Shown one piece after another: positions 29,317 through 37,893 of a DNA stretch of 64,000 nucleotides (position 1 is its first letter; each line of letters starts with the position of its first letter). Location of the stretch: contig JAJEJC010000007.1 in assembly GCA_022828105.1 (NCBI GenBank), positions 204,885 through 268,884 of the forward strand. The letters are read 5' to 3'. The notes below the pieces were generated by a model. It was given only the letters and a program-made list of their open reading frames with translations. It ran no database searches and was not told the DNA's origin. The DNA comes from Dehalococcoidia bacterium (GTDB lineage Bacteria > Chloroflexota > Dehalococcoidia > Bin125). Made by a program: the position numbers and the translations under genes.

Positions 29317-30497
29317 TAGAGCACCGCCTCTGAACCGACGATCATGTCGGACACCGGGGTCACCATCGGACCCGAGGCAACCAGCGATACATTCACGTCG
29401 TCAACCTGGTTGCAGGACTCCCCGCGTACCTGGCGCACGGCCTCGATGTTCAGTTCCAGGCCGTGCATGTAGCACTCGGCCAGGTTGCCGCCGCTGGTGT
29501 TGATCGGCATCTTGCCGCTCGGCGCGATCAGGTTTTCGAACGTGATGAAGTCGTTGGCCTCTTCGTAAGAGGTCAGGCCGTGCTCGATGATGCTCATCAC
29601 GACGCCGCCGGTGAAGTTCTCGTAGACCTGCGCGACATCGACCTCTTCCGGCTTGACCTGCGCCATGTCGTACATGCGCGGCGCGACGGTCTTGAAGTTC
29701 GAGGTCGCGTAATCGGTCGCGTTGTGCGAGCCCGATCCGGCCCGGTTGCCCGAGCCGACCGCGCCGCCGAGGAAGTAGACCGGCGTCTTGGCGAAATCCT
29801 TGGCCCGCTCGGCGGAGACGAAGATCATCGCCGCGCCGCCGTCGTTCTCCTGGCAGCAGTCGAACAGGTGGAACGGTTCGACAATCCAGCGCGAGGCGTC
29901 GTAGTCCTCGGGCGTGAGCGGTCGGCCGTACATGACCGCACGCGGGTTGTTCTGCGCGTGGTGATACGAGGCAAGGGAGCAGGCCTTGAGCGCGTCCTGG
30001 GTGATCCCGTGGTCGTCGAACAGCTTGTGGACGCGCATCGCGAAGGACTGCGCCGGCGACATCAATCCGTACGGCGCGGTGTAGGCCTGGTCGCCGCGCA
30101 CGTGCGGGACCCGAGCGCCCTGACCGAAGCGTCCGAACTGCCCCTGCGCGAGACCGCGGAAGACCACGACCGTATCGGCAAGACCGGTTGCCACCGCGGC
30201 CGCCGCATGCGCGCAGGCCGCAGATCCGCCGCCGCCGCCGCCGCCCCACTCCATGTTGGAGAAGCGCAGGTCCTTGATGTCCAGCGCCGCCGCGATCCGC
30301 GACGGATCGTTGCGGTCGTTGGAGTAGGACGCGAAGCCGTCGATCTCGCGCGGGTCGATCCCGGCGTCGGCGCTGGCCTTGAGAATCGCCTCGATCACAA
30401 GCTTGAACTCGGCGTCCGGGGAACGGCCGCGCTTGTAGTAGGTCGTCTCGCCGACACCGATAATGGCGGATTCGCCGCGCATCGTGCGGTTGCCCAT
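29316..30497 (-). CDS. Thiolase-fold lipid-transfer-protein/SCP-x-type thiolase
   Basis: AIIGVGETTYYKRG N-terminus, thiolase fold without classic Cys-His-Cys spacing of biosynthetic thiolases; Gly-rich GGGGGGGS segment. Start chosen at MGNRTMRGE (strong GGAAGGA SD) rather than the TTG at 30518. Confidence 0.8.
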   Translation of the reverse strand: MGNRTMRGESAIIGVGETTYYKRGRSPDAEFKLVIEAILKASADAGIDPREIDGFASYSNDRNDPSRIAAALDIKDLRFSNMEWGGGGGGGSAACAHAAAAVATGLADTVVVFRGLAQGQFGRFGQGARVPHVRGDQAYTAPYGLMSPAQSFAMRVHKLFDDHGITQDALKACSLASYHHAQNNPRAVMYGRPLTPEDYDASRWIVEPFHLFDCCQENDGGAAMIFVSAERAKDFAKTPVYFLGGAVGSGNRAGSGSHNATDYATSNFKTVAPRMYDMAQVKPEEVDVAQVYENFTGGVVMSIIEHGLTSYEEANDFITFENLIAPSGKMPINTSGGNLAECYMHGLELNIEAVRQVRGESCNQVDDVNVSLVASGPMVTPVSDMIVGSEAVL

Positions 30498-30558
30498 CTC
30501 TCTAGTCCTTCCCTGCAAATCGTTGCTGGCAGTTTAGGGGATGCCGGGAAATCGGCGG

Positions 30559-33045
30559 TTACTGGAGCACGCCGGCAACCAGTGACTCCGTGATCTCCTC
30601 GTCAGTGGCCGAGAGAATCTCCGACAGCACGTAGTGCGTGTGCTCACCGATTGCCGGTGCGGCGCGGCGCAGCTTCGCGGTGCCGCCCGAGAACTTGGTC
30701 ACCAGGCCGTCGTACGGTGTCGGCCCCATCACCGAGTGATTGAGCGTGACAAAGAAGTTGCGATGCGTGAGCTGCGCATCTTCATAGAGGTCGGAGGGCC
30801 ATTCGACCATCGACGCCGGCACGCCGGCCGCGGTCAGACAGTCGACGACCGCATCCGCTGTCTGCGGCGCGCACCATTCGGCGAGCGCCGTCTCAATCTC
30901 TGCCTTGGCGGCAATCCGAGCCGACAGGTCGTCGTAGTCGGCGCTTGACCAGCGCTCCAGTCCCGCCGCATCGCGGAGGGATTGCCATTGCGCGGCGGTC
31001 TCCGTCGCGATCGCCACGTAGCGTTCACCCTCGCCGACACGGAACACGCCATTGGGCGCCGCATACATCGAGCCATGGCCAACCGCTTGCGCGATACGGC
31101 CGTTCTCGATGTAGTCAAGCAACAGCGGCGCGGCGAAGTGAACTCCCGCCTCACTCTGCGCCAGGTCGATGTACTGCCCTCTGCCGGTCAGGTCCCGATG
31201 TCGAATCGCCGCAGCCAAGACGCCCGAACCGAAACGCGGATTGATGAAGTCGGTGTACGCGCCCCAGGTGCCCGACGGCTGACGGTCGGGCCAGCCGGTG
31301 ATCCGATGCAGACCCGACAGGCAGGCGCCCTGCAAGCCGAAACCGGGATAGGTCGACTCCGGACCGGACTGGCCGCGCAGGCAGGTGCTGAGCATGATCA
31401 GTTCTGGTCGGTCTTGGCTGAGCGTGGCATAGTCGAAGCCGAATTGCTTCATCGTGCCCGGGGTGAACGACTCGACCACCACGTCAGCCCAGTCGATGAG
31501 CTGACGGGCGTAGTCGCGACCTTGTTCGGTGTCGAGTCGGAGCGCCACGCCGATCTTGGAAGAGTTGAAGTTGGCCATGAACTGCGCGCGGTCCATGCCC
31601 GGTTCGTTGTCCTTGAACGGTGGAGCAAGACGCAACACGTCCGGCCGCGTTGCCGACTCGATGTGCACGACGGTCGCGCCATGGTCGGCCATCGACTTGG
31701 AGATCAGCGGACCGACGCCGACCCATGCGAAGTCGGCGATCTTGACGCCCGACAGCGCGCCGCCGTCCTCGCCGCGCACGCCGTTGGACGAGATCGAAGC
31801 CCGCGCCGCCCGCTTGGGCGCGCGGCCAACTTCGGCCAGCAGATGTTGGTCCTGGCCCAGCGTCGGCGCAGGTCGCGTGAGTTGCAGCGGCGTCCTGGAG
31901 AGCTTGGCGAACGGTCCCGGATAACGGTGTCCGTCGAGATCGACCCAGAAGCCGCGGGCGGCGAGGTGCGTGTCGTTGGCGATGTCTTCCATCGTGTAGA
32001 GCGGAGCCATCATGAAGCTGTCGCGGACCGCGCGCTCGAAGCACTCGGCCATCGTCTTCTTGGCCACAAAGTGATGCAGATTCTCGGTCGCGATCGCGAC
32101 TTGTCTTCCGACTTCCGCAGGATCTTCGGTGACCAGGCGGGCGACGTCGGCCGCCCACTCGTCGATGTTTGCGCCTTCCATTTCGCCGATCAGCTCGCCC
32201 TCTTCCTCGATCCATTTCAGGACCAGCGTCGAGTGACGCAGTCCCAGTCCACCCGGCACAATGCTGAACACGACGTAGCCGTCGAGGCAAGGATGCACGC
32301 CCATTACGGCGCCGCCGAGATTGTCGCCGCCGACGTTGCGTTGCGCGCAGGTACCTGGCGGATCGCCGCCGGTGTTGGGCGGGAATCCGGTTGCATGCAT
32401 CAATGTCCAGACGACTGCGGCCTGCATCGAAACATCAAGGTGCTGACCCAGCCCCGACAGTTCGCGCTCACGCAACGCAATCGACGTATCGGCGGCGGCC
32501 TGCACGCCGGAATGAATCGATGCCTGCGGCAATCCCACCGGAACCGGTGGTCGGTCGCCGTCTCCTTGCAGGCCAACCAGGCCACCCGCGGCCTCAAGCG
32601 TCAGATCGGTCGCCGGTCGGTCGGCATGGGGTCCGTCCTGGCCGTATGGCGTCACCGACACGTAGATCAGGTCGGGCAACTCGCCCTTGACATCGTCGTA
32701 GCCCAGTCCCCACTGCGACATCGTGCCGGGATCGAACGACTCGATCAGCACATCTGCGGTCGCAAGCAGAGCGCGGAAGTCCTCGCGTCCCTGCGAAGAT
32801 TCCAGGTCGATCACGACGCTGCGCTTGCCCAACCCCATCTGCGCCCAATAGAGCGAACGGCCTGGCTCCGCGTCGCTGAACGGAGGCATCCGGCGGGCGG
32901 CGGCGCCTGTCGGCGGTTCGACCTTGATTACTTCCGCTCCCATGTCGGCGAGTACTCGTCCGGCCATCTCCGCTCGAGGCGTCGCCAGATCGAGCACTCG
33001 CACGCCGTCCAGCAGCGTGTCCGACCCTGCAGTCGTCATCCTCAT
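30559..33045 (-). CDS. Tandem-fused double family-III CoA-transferase (two CaiB/BaiF domains in one 828-aa polypeptide)
   Basis: Two complete CaiB/BaiF-like units: (1) GVRVLDLATPRAEMAGRVLADMGAEVIKVEPP...DVLIESFDPGTMSQWGLGYDDV and (2) GVKIADFAWVGVGPLISKSMADHGATVVHIES...DVVVESFTPGTMKQFGFDYATL. Confidence 0.8.
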   Translation of the reverse strand: MRMTTAGSDTLLDGVRVLDLATPRAEMAGRVLADMGAEVIKVEPPTGAAARRMPPFSDAEPGRSLYWAQMGLGKRSVVIDLESSQGREDFRALLATADVLIESFDPGTMSQWGLGYDDVKGELPDLIYVSVTPYGQDGPHADRPATDLTLEAAGGLVGLQGDGDRPPVPVGLPQASIHSGVQAAADTSIALRERELSGLGQHLDVSMQAAVVWTLMHATGFPPNTGGDPPGTCAQRNVGGDNLGGAVMGVHPCLDGYVVFSIVPGGLGLRHSTLVLKWIEEEGELIGEMEGANIDEWAADVARLVTEDPAEVGRQVAIATENLHHFVAKKTMAECFERAVRDSFMMAPLYTMEDIANDTHLAARGFWVDLDGHRYPGPFAKLSRTPLQLTRPAPTLGQDQHLLAEVGRAPKRAARASISSNGVRGEDGGALSGVKIADFAWVGVGPLISKSMADHGATVVHIESATRPDVLRLAPPFKDNEPGMDRAQFMANFNSSKIGVALRLDTEQGRDYARQLIDWADVVVESFTPGTMKQFGFDYATLSQDRPELIMLSTCLRGQSGPESTYPGFGLQGACLSGLHRITGWPDRQPSGTWGAYTDFINPRFGSGVLAAAIRHRDLTGRGQYIDLAQSEAGVHFAAPLLLDYIENGRIAQAVGHGSMYAAPNGVFRVGEGERYVAIATETAAQWQSLRDAAGLERWSSADYDDLSARIAAKAEIETALAEWCAPQTADAVVDCLTAAGVPASMVEWPSDLYEDAQLTHRNFFVTLNHSVMGPTPYDGLVTKFSGGTAKLRRAAPAIGEHTHYVLSEILSATDEEITESLVAGVLQ

Positions 33046-33106
33046 ACTCCCATCCGATGTCTGGCACAGATCGCGTTCAAGATACCGAAGCGTCCCCGTT
33101 AAGTGA

Positions 33107-33337
33107 CTACGTGACCAGGAACACGCGAATCAGCACGGAGAAGACGCCGAAGAGCAGCAGCGCGCCCAGGATCCACCAGAGCAGCTTCGGCGCCTCTTCG
33201 CGCGGCTCGTCGGCGCGATTGCCGGGATCAATCCAGCGGGCGTGGCGTTCAGGTGGCGGACGACGGCGTCTGGCACGTGGTGAATCGGGCGCTGGCGGCG
33301 GCCACAATTCGCGGTCTGAGTCTGCTTGATTTGCCAT
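33107..33337 (-). CDS. Hypothetical small tail-anchored membrane protein (76 aa)
   Basis: Arg/Pro-rich N-terminus and single C-terminal TM (LLWWILGALLLFGVFSVLIRVFLV); lies directly upstream of the fused CoA-transferase gene on the same strand. Weak support. Confidence 0.3.
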   Translation of the reverse strand: MANQADSDRELWPPPAPDSPRARRRRPPPERHARWIDPGNRADEPREEAPKLLWWILGALLLFGVFSVLIRVFLVT

Positions 33338-33448
33338 CTGACCATCTCGCCGACGCGCGCTTAGCTGTAGGCGCGGTCAGTTCAGCCAGTCTAACCACGC
33401 GCCGGCTCGCAATGGCAGGCACGAAACCGCCTCTGCGCATAGCGGCGC

Positions 33449-34396
33449 TTGCCTCTACCCTCTGTCCTGAAGCCCCAGCGGGCCATGTGCGCAATCGGAG
33501 ATGCGGAGCCTCACGTGTCCAGGATTCTCGTCACTTCCACGCTGTCTGGCGACGGCAAGTCAGTCGTCGCGGCCGGAATCGCTTCGGCGTTGCGTTCGAG
33601 CGGGTCCACGGTGCGGCTCGAACGGATCGACGACTCGGAGTCCGCCGTCGCCGACGCAGCGCAGTTGTCGCAACTCAACGGCGTGCGAAGCAGCGGACGG
33701 CCGGTTGCAGCGTCGGACATCGAGTTCGACACCGACCACACGGTGATTGAGGCTGACGCCGCAGAGCGCATCGACCGTGACCGTACCGTGCTCGTGGTTC
33801 GACACGGTGAGGCCGACGACGACACGGTCGCCCGGGCGTTGGAGTCGCTCGCGCCGGACCTGGTGGTCGTCAATGCGGTGCCGCAACAGGGAGACCAAGC
33901 CGCGGTCGCGCGGATCAGTGGCCTCGGCGGAAGCGTGGTCTGCGCGTTGCCGCAGGACCGCCACCTCGCCGCGCCGACCGTCAAGGACATCGCGCCCGCC
34001 ATCGACGGCGCGCTCTCCGGCGACGAAGCGTTGTTTAAGGAGGCTTCTCGCGACCTCGTGATCGGGCCGGTCAGCGCGCACGAGGGCATGGACTACTTCC
34101 GCAAGTATCCCGACAAGACGCTGATTACCCGCCACGATCGGATCGATATCGCCCTGGGCGCGCTCGACTACGAGCCGCTCTGCCTGATCCTGGCCGGCGG
34201 CGAGCCGACGCTGCCCTACGTTGCGCAACGCGCCGAGCGGGAGTCGTTCGCCCTGATTACCACCGCAATGACGACGCTGGAGGCGGTTGAGGCAGTCGGC
34301 GAGCTGTACGGACGCGCGGCGTTCGTGGGGCAACGCAAGCTGGACACCGCTATTGAGCTGGTCGGCAGCGCCGTGGCCGTCGACTCGCTGCTCTAG
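33449..34396 (+). CDS. DRTGG / phosphotransacetylase-N-terminal-like (AAA_26-type P-loop-like) domain protein
   Basis: ILVTSTLSGDGKSVVAAGIASAL resembles the N-terminal domain of Pta/CobQ-type proteins, followed by a DRTGG-like region (LITRHDRIDIALGAL, LILAGGE). Start uncertain; GTG near 33515 possible. Confidence 0.45.
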   Translation: MPLPSVLKPQRAMCAIGDAEPHVSRILVTSTLSGDGKSVVAAGIASALRSSGSTVRLERIDDSESAVADAAQLSQLNGVRSSGRPVAASDIEFDTDHTVIEADAAERIDRDRTVLVVRHGEADDDTVARALESLAPDLVVVNAVPQQGDQAAVARISGLGGSVVCALPQDRHLAAPTVKDIAPAIDGALSGDEALFKEASRDLVIGPVSAHEGMDYFRKYPDKTLITRHDRIDIALGALDYEPLCLILAGGEPTLPYVAQRAERESFALITTAMTTLEAVEAVGELYGRAAFVGQRKLDTAIELVGSAVAVDSLL

Positions 34397-35055
34397 CGCT
34401 TGAGCAGCAACGTCAGCCCGTCACCGACGGTGAGCTGTACCGAATCGACACGCGGGTCATCTGTCACGCGCCGATTGAACTCGTCGATCGCCTTCGTGTC
34501 CGGATCATTCGCTGCGGGATCGGCGACCTGCCCGCCCCAGAGCGTGTTGTCGACGACAATGACTCCGCCGGGACGTAGCAGTTCGAGCGCAGCTTCGAAG
34601 TAGCTCCAGATTGGTTCCTTGTCCGCATCGATGAAGGCGAAGTCGAAGGGGCTTCCGCCTGCTCGGCGGAGAAGTGCAAGGGTGTCAAGCGCAGGGCCCA
34701 GGCGCAGTTCGATCTTGGCCGAGACTCCTGCTTCTTCCCAGTAGCGTCGCGCGATCGAGGTCCACTCTTCGCTGACATCGCAGGCGACAACCCGGCCGTC
34801 CTCGGGCAACGCCTGCGCGACGGCCAATGCCGATGCGCCGGTGAAGGTTCCGATCTCCAGGGTCTTGCGCGCGCCGATCAGGCGGACCAGCCAGCCGAGC
34901 AGGCGCGCCTGGTCGGCGCCGATCTGCATCCCACCTGCGGGCAGCACCGACGTTTCCGCTCGAAGCCGGCGCCAGGTGCCGTCCTCCCGCGTCGAGGCTT
35001 CCTCCATGTATGCCGCGAGTTCTGCGGTCACCGTGATGGAACGAATCGAGCTCAT
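34393..35055 (-). CDS. Class I SAM-dependent O-methyltransferase (caffeoyl-CoA OMT-like, family 3)
   Basis: KTLEIGTFTGASALAVAQAL...DFAFIDADK...GGVIVVDNTLWGG typical of cation-dependent O-methyltransferases. Start at MSSIRSITVT (220 aa) rather than the ORF-track start at 35163. Confidence 0.75.
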   Translation of the reverse strand: MSSIRSITVTAELAAYMEEASTREDGTWRRLRAETSVLPAGGMQIGADQARLLGWLVRLIGARKTLEIGTFTGASALAVAQALPEDGRVVACDVSEEWTSIARRYWEEAGVSAKIELRLGPALDTLALLRRAGGSPFDFAFIDADKEPIWSYFEAALELLRPGGVIVVDNTLWGGQVADPAANDPDTKAIDEFNRRVTDDPRVDSVQLTVGDGLTLLLKR

Positions 35056-35070
35056 CGTTCGCACACTATC

Positions 35071-35100
35071 GCAAGCGCCAAACGTTTCCCTTGCGCTTGC
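35071..35100. promoter_or_regulatory. Inverted repeat in divergent promoter region between O-methyltransferase and HU genes
   Basis: GCAAGCGC-caaacgtttccctt-GCGCTTGC: 8-bp perfect arms with 14-nt spacer. Both flanking genes diverge from here, so it is not a terminator. Confidence 0.3.
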
Positions 35101-35192
35101 GCGGTTGATCAAACCCGATAACACTGCGAACTTAGTCAAAGCTTCAATGCACTGACCCGACACGGATCGAGTTCAGAGGAGAGCGCAGAGAC

Positions 35193-35510
35193 ATGGCCAA
35201 CGACAAGCCGAAGACGAAGGTCCAGATCGCGAAGGCGATCGAAGAGAAGACGGGAATCGCCAGTCGCGACGTCAACGAAGTGCTGGACGGACTGGCCGAT
35301 GTCGTGCTGGAGGACCTGTCAAGCGGAGGCCCGGGCTCCGTGACGGTTGCCGGGCTGATCAAGGTGGACATCGTCGCGCAGACGGCGCGTCCGGAGCGGC
35401 AGGGCCGCAATCCGGCCACCGGCGAGTCGATCACGATCGCTGCCCGTCCGGCCCTCGATCGCGGCAAGGTTCGCGTGCGAGCGCTGAAGCGCCTGCGCGA
35501 CGTGCTCTAG
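35193..35510 (+). CDS. hup: HU family nucleoid DNA-binding protein
   Basis: 105 aa; IAKAIEEKTGIASRDVNEVLDGLADVV...RPERQGRNPATGESITIAARPA beta-arm motif of HU/IHF. Confidence 0.85.
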   Translation: MANDKPKTKVQIAKAIEEKTGIASRDVNEVLDGLADVVLEDLSSGGPGSVTVAGLIKVDIVAQTARPERQGRNPATGESITIAARPALDRGKVRVRALKRLRDVL

Positions 35511-35532
35511 CTCAACACCAACTGCTACGCCG

Positions 35533-36726
35533 ATGTCGCCCCTTCCCGCCACGAGTGACGCCGGAAGGGAACTGATCGAGCGCCTGGCTCCGCATCGGGA
35601 AAGACTGGCGGATCTCGCGATCACGCATGATCGCGAGGCCTCGTTTCCGTTTGCGTCCTTCGAGTTGCTGCGCGAAATCGGCTGGTTCTCCGCGCCGATC
35701 CCGCTCGAGTACGGCGGTGCCGAGTGTTCGCTGACCGATCTCGTCGCCGCGCAAACCGCGCTGGCCAGGGTCGACATGGCGCTCGCCTTCTCCTGCGGCA
35801 TGCACCTCATGTCGGTCGGTTCGGAGCGCTCCAATCGCAACTGGCCGGACCAGTTGCGCGAGCGCATTTTTCGCTCGGTGGTCGAGGATGGCGCGCTCTG
35901 CAACCAGGTCGCCACGGAGCCCGATCTCGGATCGCCCCAGGGCGGCGGACGCCCGCAGACTGCGCTCACGCCTGACGGTCCGGGACGCTGGCGTATCAAC
36001 GGACGCAAGTCGTTCACCACGCTCGCGCCGGCCCTGACCTGGTTCCTGACCTACTGCGCGATTGAAGATGGATCCGGAATGCTGGCGCGGGTGGCCGTAC
36101 ATCGCGACTCGCCCGGCTTGCGGATTGAGGAGACCTGGGATGTCGTCGGCTTGCGGGCGACGGGATCGCACGACGTCTGGTACGAGAACGTCGCGGTCAC
36201 GGACGACGAGTTCCTGGTTCGTCAGGATCCCTCCCAGACAGGACAGCGTCACGGCGACTTCGCCTGGTTCGCGCTGCTCGTCGCTGCGGCTTCGTTGGGC
36301 GTCGCAGAGGCGGCGCGCGAGTACACCGTCGATTTCGCCCGTCATCGGCGACCTTCTGGCGCGCCCGGTCCGATCGGCAGCATTCCGACAGTGCGCGCCC
36401 AGGTTGGCGAGATCGATCTGCGCCTGATGTCGGCTCGGGCGTTGCTGCACGAGACCGCATCGGCATGGGATCGGCTTGAGAACGATCAGCGCTTCAGGCT
36501 CGGACCGCGCGTCGCCGCGGCGAAGCTCCATGCCGGCGATATCGCCGTCGATGTGGTCGACCGCTGCATGAGGCTGGTTGGCGGCGTGTCATTGCATCGC
36601 TCGCAACCATTGGAGCGCTTCTACCGGGACGTACGAGGACCGCTCCACAACCCACCGATTGCCCCGCGAGGTCTGGAACTGATCGCGGCGGACGCCCTCG
36701 ACCCGCTGCCCGACCTCGACTCGTAG
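35533..36726 (+). CDS. Acyl-CoA dehydrogenase family protein
   Basis: ACAD three-domain architecture; catalytic-region motifs LTYCAIEDGSG, C-terminal DRCMRLVGGVSLHRSQPLERFYRDVRG. Confidence 0.85.
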   Translation: MSPLPATSDAGRELIERLAPHRERLADLAITHDREASFPFASFELLREIGWFSAPIPLEYGGAECSLTDLVAAQTALARVDMALAFSCGMHLMSVGSERSNRNWPDQLRERIFRSVVEDGALCNQVATEPDLGSPQGGGRPQTALTPDGPGRWRINGRKSFTTLAPALTWFLTYCAIEDGSGMLARVAVHRDSPGLRIEETWDVVGLRATGSHDVWYENVAVTDDEFLVRQDPSQTGQRHGDFAWFALLVAAASLGVAEAAREYTVDFARHRRPSGAPGPIGSIPTVRAQVGEIDLRLMSARALLHETASAWDRLENDQRFRLGPRVAAAKLHAGDIAVDVVDRCMRLVGGVSLHRSQPLERFYRDVRGPLHNPPIAPRGLELIAADALDPLPDLDS

Positions 36727-37875
36727 CTACTTCTTGAACGTTGACGTGAGGCGTTGAGCAAGTCCCATTCGATGCTGAACTGCCCCGCCGCCGCTCAGCG
36801 ACATCCAACGAAGCTCTCGCAACCATCGCTCCAGGGGCAAGTCCGCTGATCCGCCGGCTGGACCGTGCAGGTCCATTGCGCGCTCCACGACTGAGCATGC
36901 CGCATCCAGCGCGAAGGCCAGCGATGCGAGGCCCAGTTCCTCAATCCGGTCCGCCGCGGACAGATAGAGCGTGCGCGACGCGGAGACGGTAATCTCGTTG
37001 TCGGCGAGCGCCAGCCTGGCCCATTCACCCTGCGCGAGCGGCGCGCCGTGCTCGCGACGCGACCAGACCACGCCGCGGCACATGTCCTGGGCGGCCGACG
37101 CGATGCCCGTCAGATGGGCCGATGTGAACGTCCTCCGGCGCAGCACAAGGCTGTTGGCGAACGACGGTCCGGCGTCAATCTCGCCGATCATGTTTGACTC
37201 CGGCAACTTGACCGCCGAGAGATTGAGTTCCATCGTGTCGCGGCCCGCCGCGATCGTCGGCCATGACCTCCAGCGCTGGAAGCCAACTCGATCAGTCTCG
37301 ACAACGATTGCCGAGATGCCGGTTCTCTCACCCGGCGCTGTTTCCGTGTTGCAATAGACGATGCCGAAGTCGGCGTTGACGGCGTCGGCGACGAACAGCT
37401 TGGTCCCGTCCAGCATCCAGCCGAGGGGGTGCTTCCGGGCCCTAATGCGGACGCCGTCGGTGGGCAGGAACGACAGGTCAGGATCGTCCAGGCCGCGAAA
37501 ACAGGCGGCTTCGCGCCGCAGCAGCGGCTCCAGGAATCGCTCACGCTGTTCGTCGCTGCCGGCGTAGAGCTGCTGCGGCGGGTCGGGATCGAAGAGGCCG
37601 TAGGCGGGATTGAGCGCGCCGGCTCGATGCTGGGAGAGCTCTTCGGCGATCCGGAGACGGTCGGCGTCGGGGAGGTCGACCTGCGGATCCGTCGAGGCGT
37701 CGCGCGGAGCCATCAGGTGGTCGATGCCGAGCTTCGCGGCGCGGTCGAGCAGCGCTGTGAACACGTCATCCGGCAATCGGTGGGCGTTCGGCTCGAGCCG
37801 GCGTTCCTGCAGCCAGATCTCGTTGCGGACGAACCGGCGGACGGCCTGAACGAACAGATCGAGTGCTTCGTTCAC
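36727..37875 (-). CDS. Acyl-CoA dehydrogenase family protein
   Basis: ACAD-like N-terminal helical domain, middle beta-barrel (FVADAVNADFGIVYCNTE) and C-terminal helical domain (ERAMDLHGPAGG...RWLRELRWMSLSGGGAVQHRMGLAQRL). Convergent with, and abutting, the other ACAD. Confidence 0.85.
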   Translation of the reverse strand: MNEALDLFVQAVRRFVRNEIWLQERRLEPNAHRLPDDVFTALLDRAAKLGIDHLMAPRDASTDPQVDLPDADRLRIAEELSQHRAGALNPAYGLFDPDPPQQLYAGSDEQRERFLEPLLRREAACFRGLDDPDLSFLPTDGVRIRARKHPLGWMLDGTKLFVADAVNADFGIVYCNTETAPGERTGISAIVVETDRVGFQRWRSWPTIAAGRDTMELNLSAVKLPESNMIGEIDAGPSFANSLVLRRRTFTSAHLTGIASAAQDMCRGVVWSRREHGAPLAQGEWARLALADNEITVSASRTLYLSAADRIEELGLASLAFALDAACSVVERAMDLHGPAGGSADLPLERWLRELRWMSLSGGGAVQHRMGLAQRLTSTFKK

Positions 37876-37893
37876 GTTCCACTCACCAACCTA

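Noticed and set aside
30982-33102. 706-aa plus-strand ORF
   Set aside because: Antisense to the fused double CoA-transferase gene; Arg-rich low-complexity translation.
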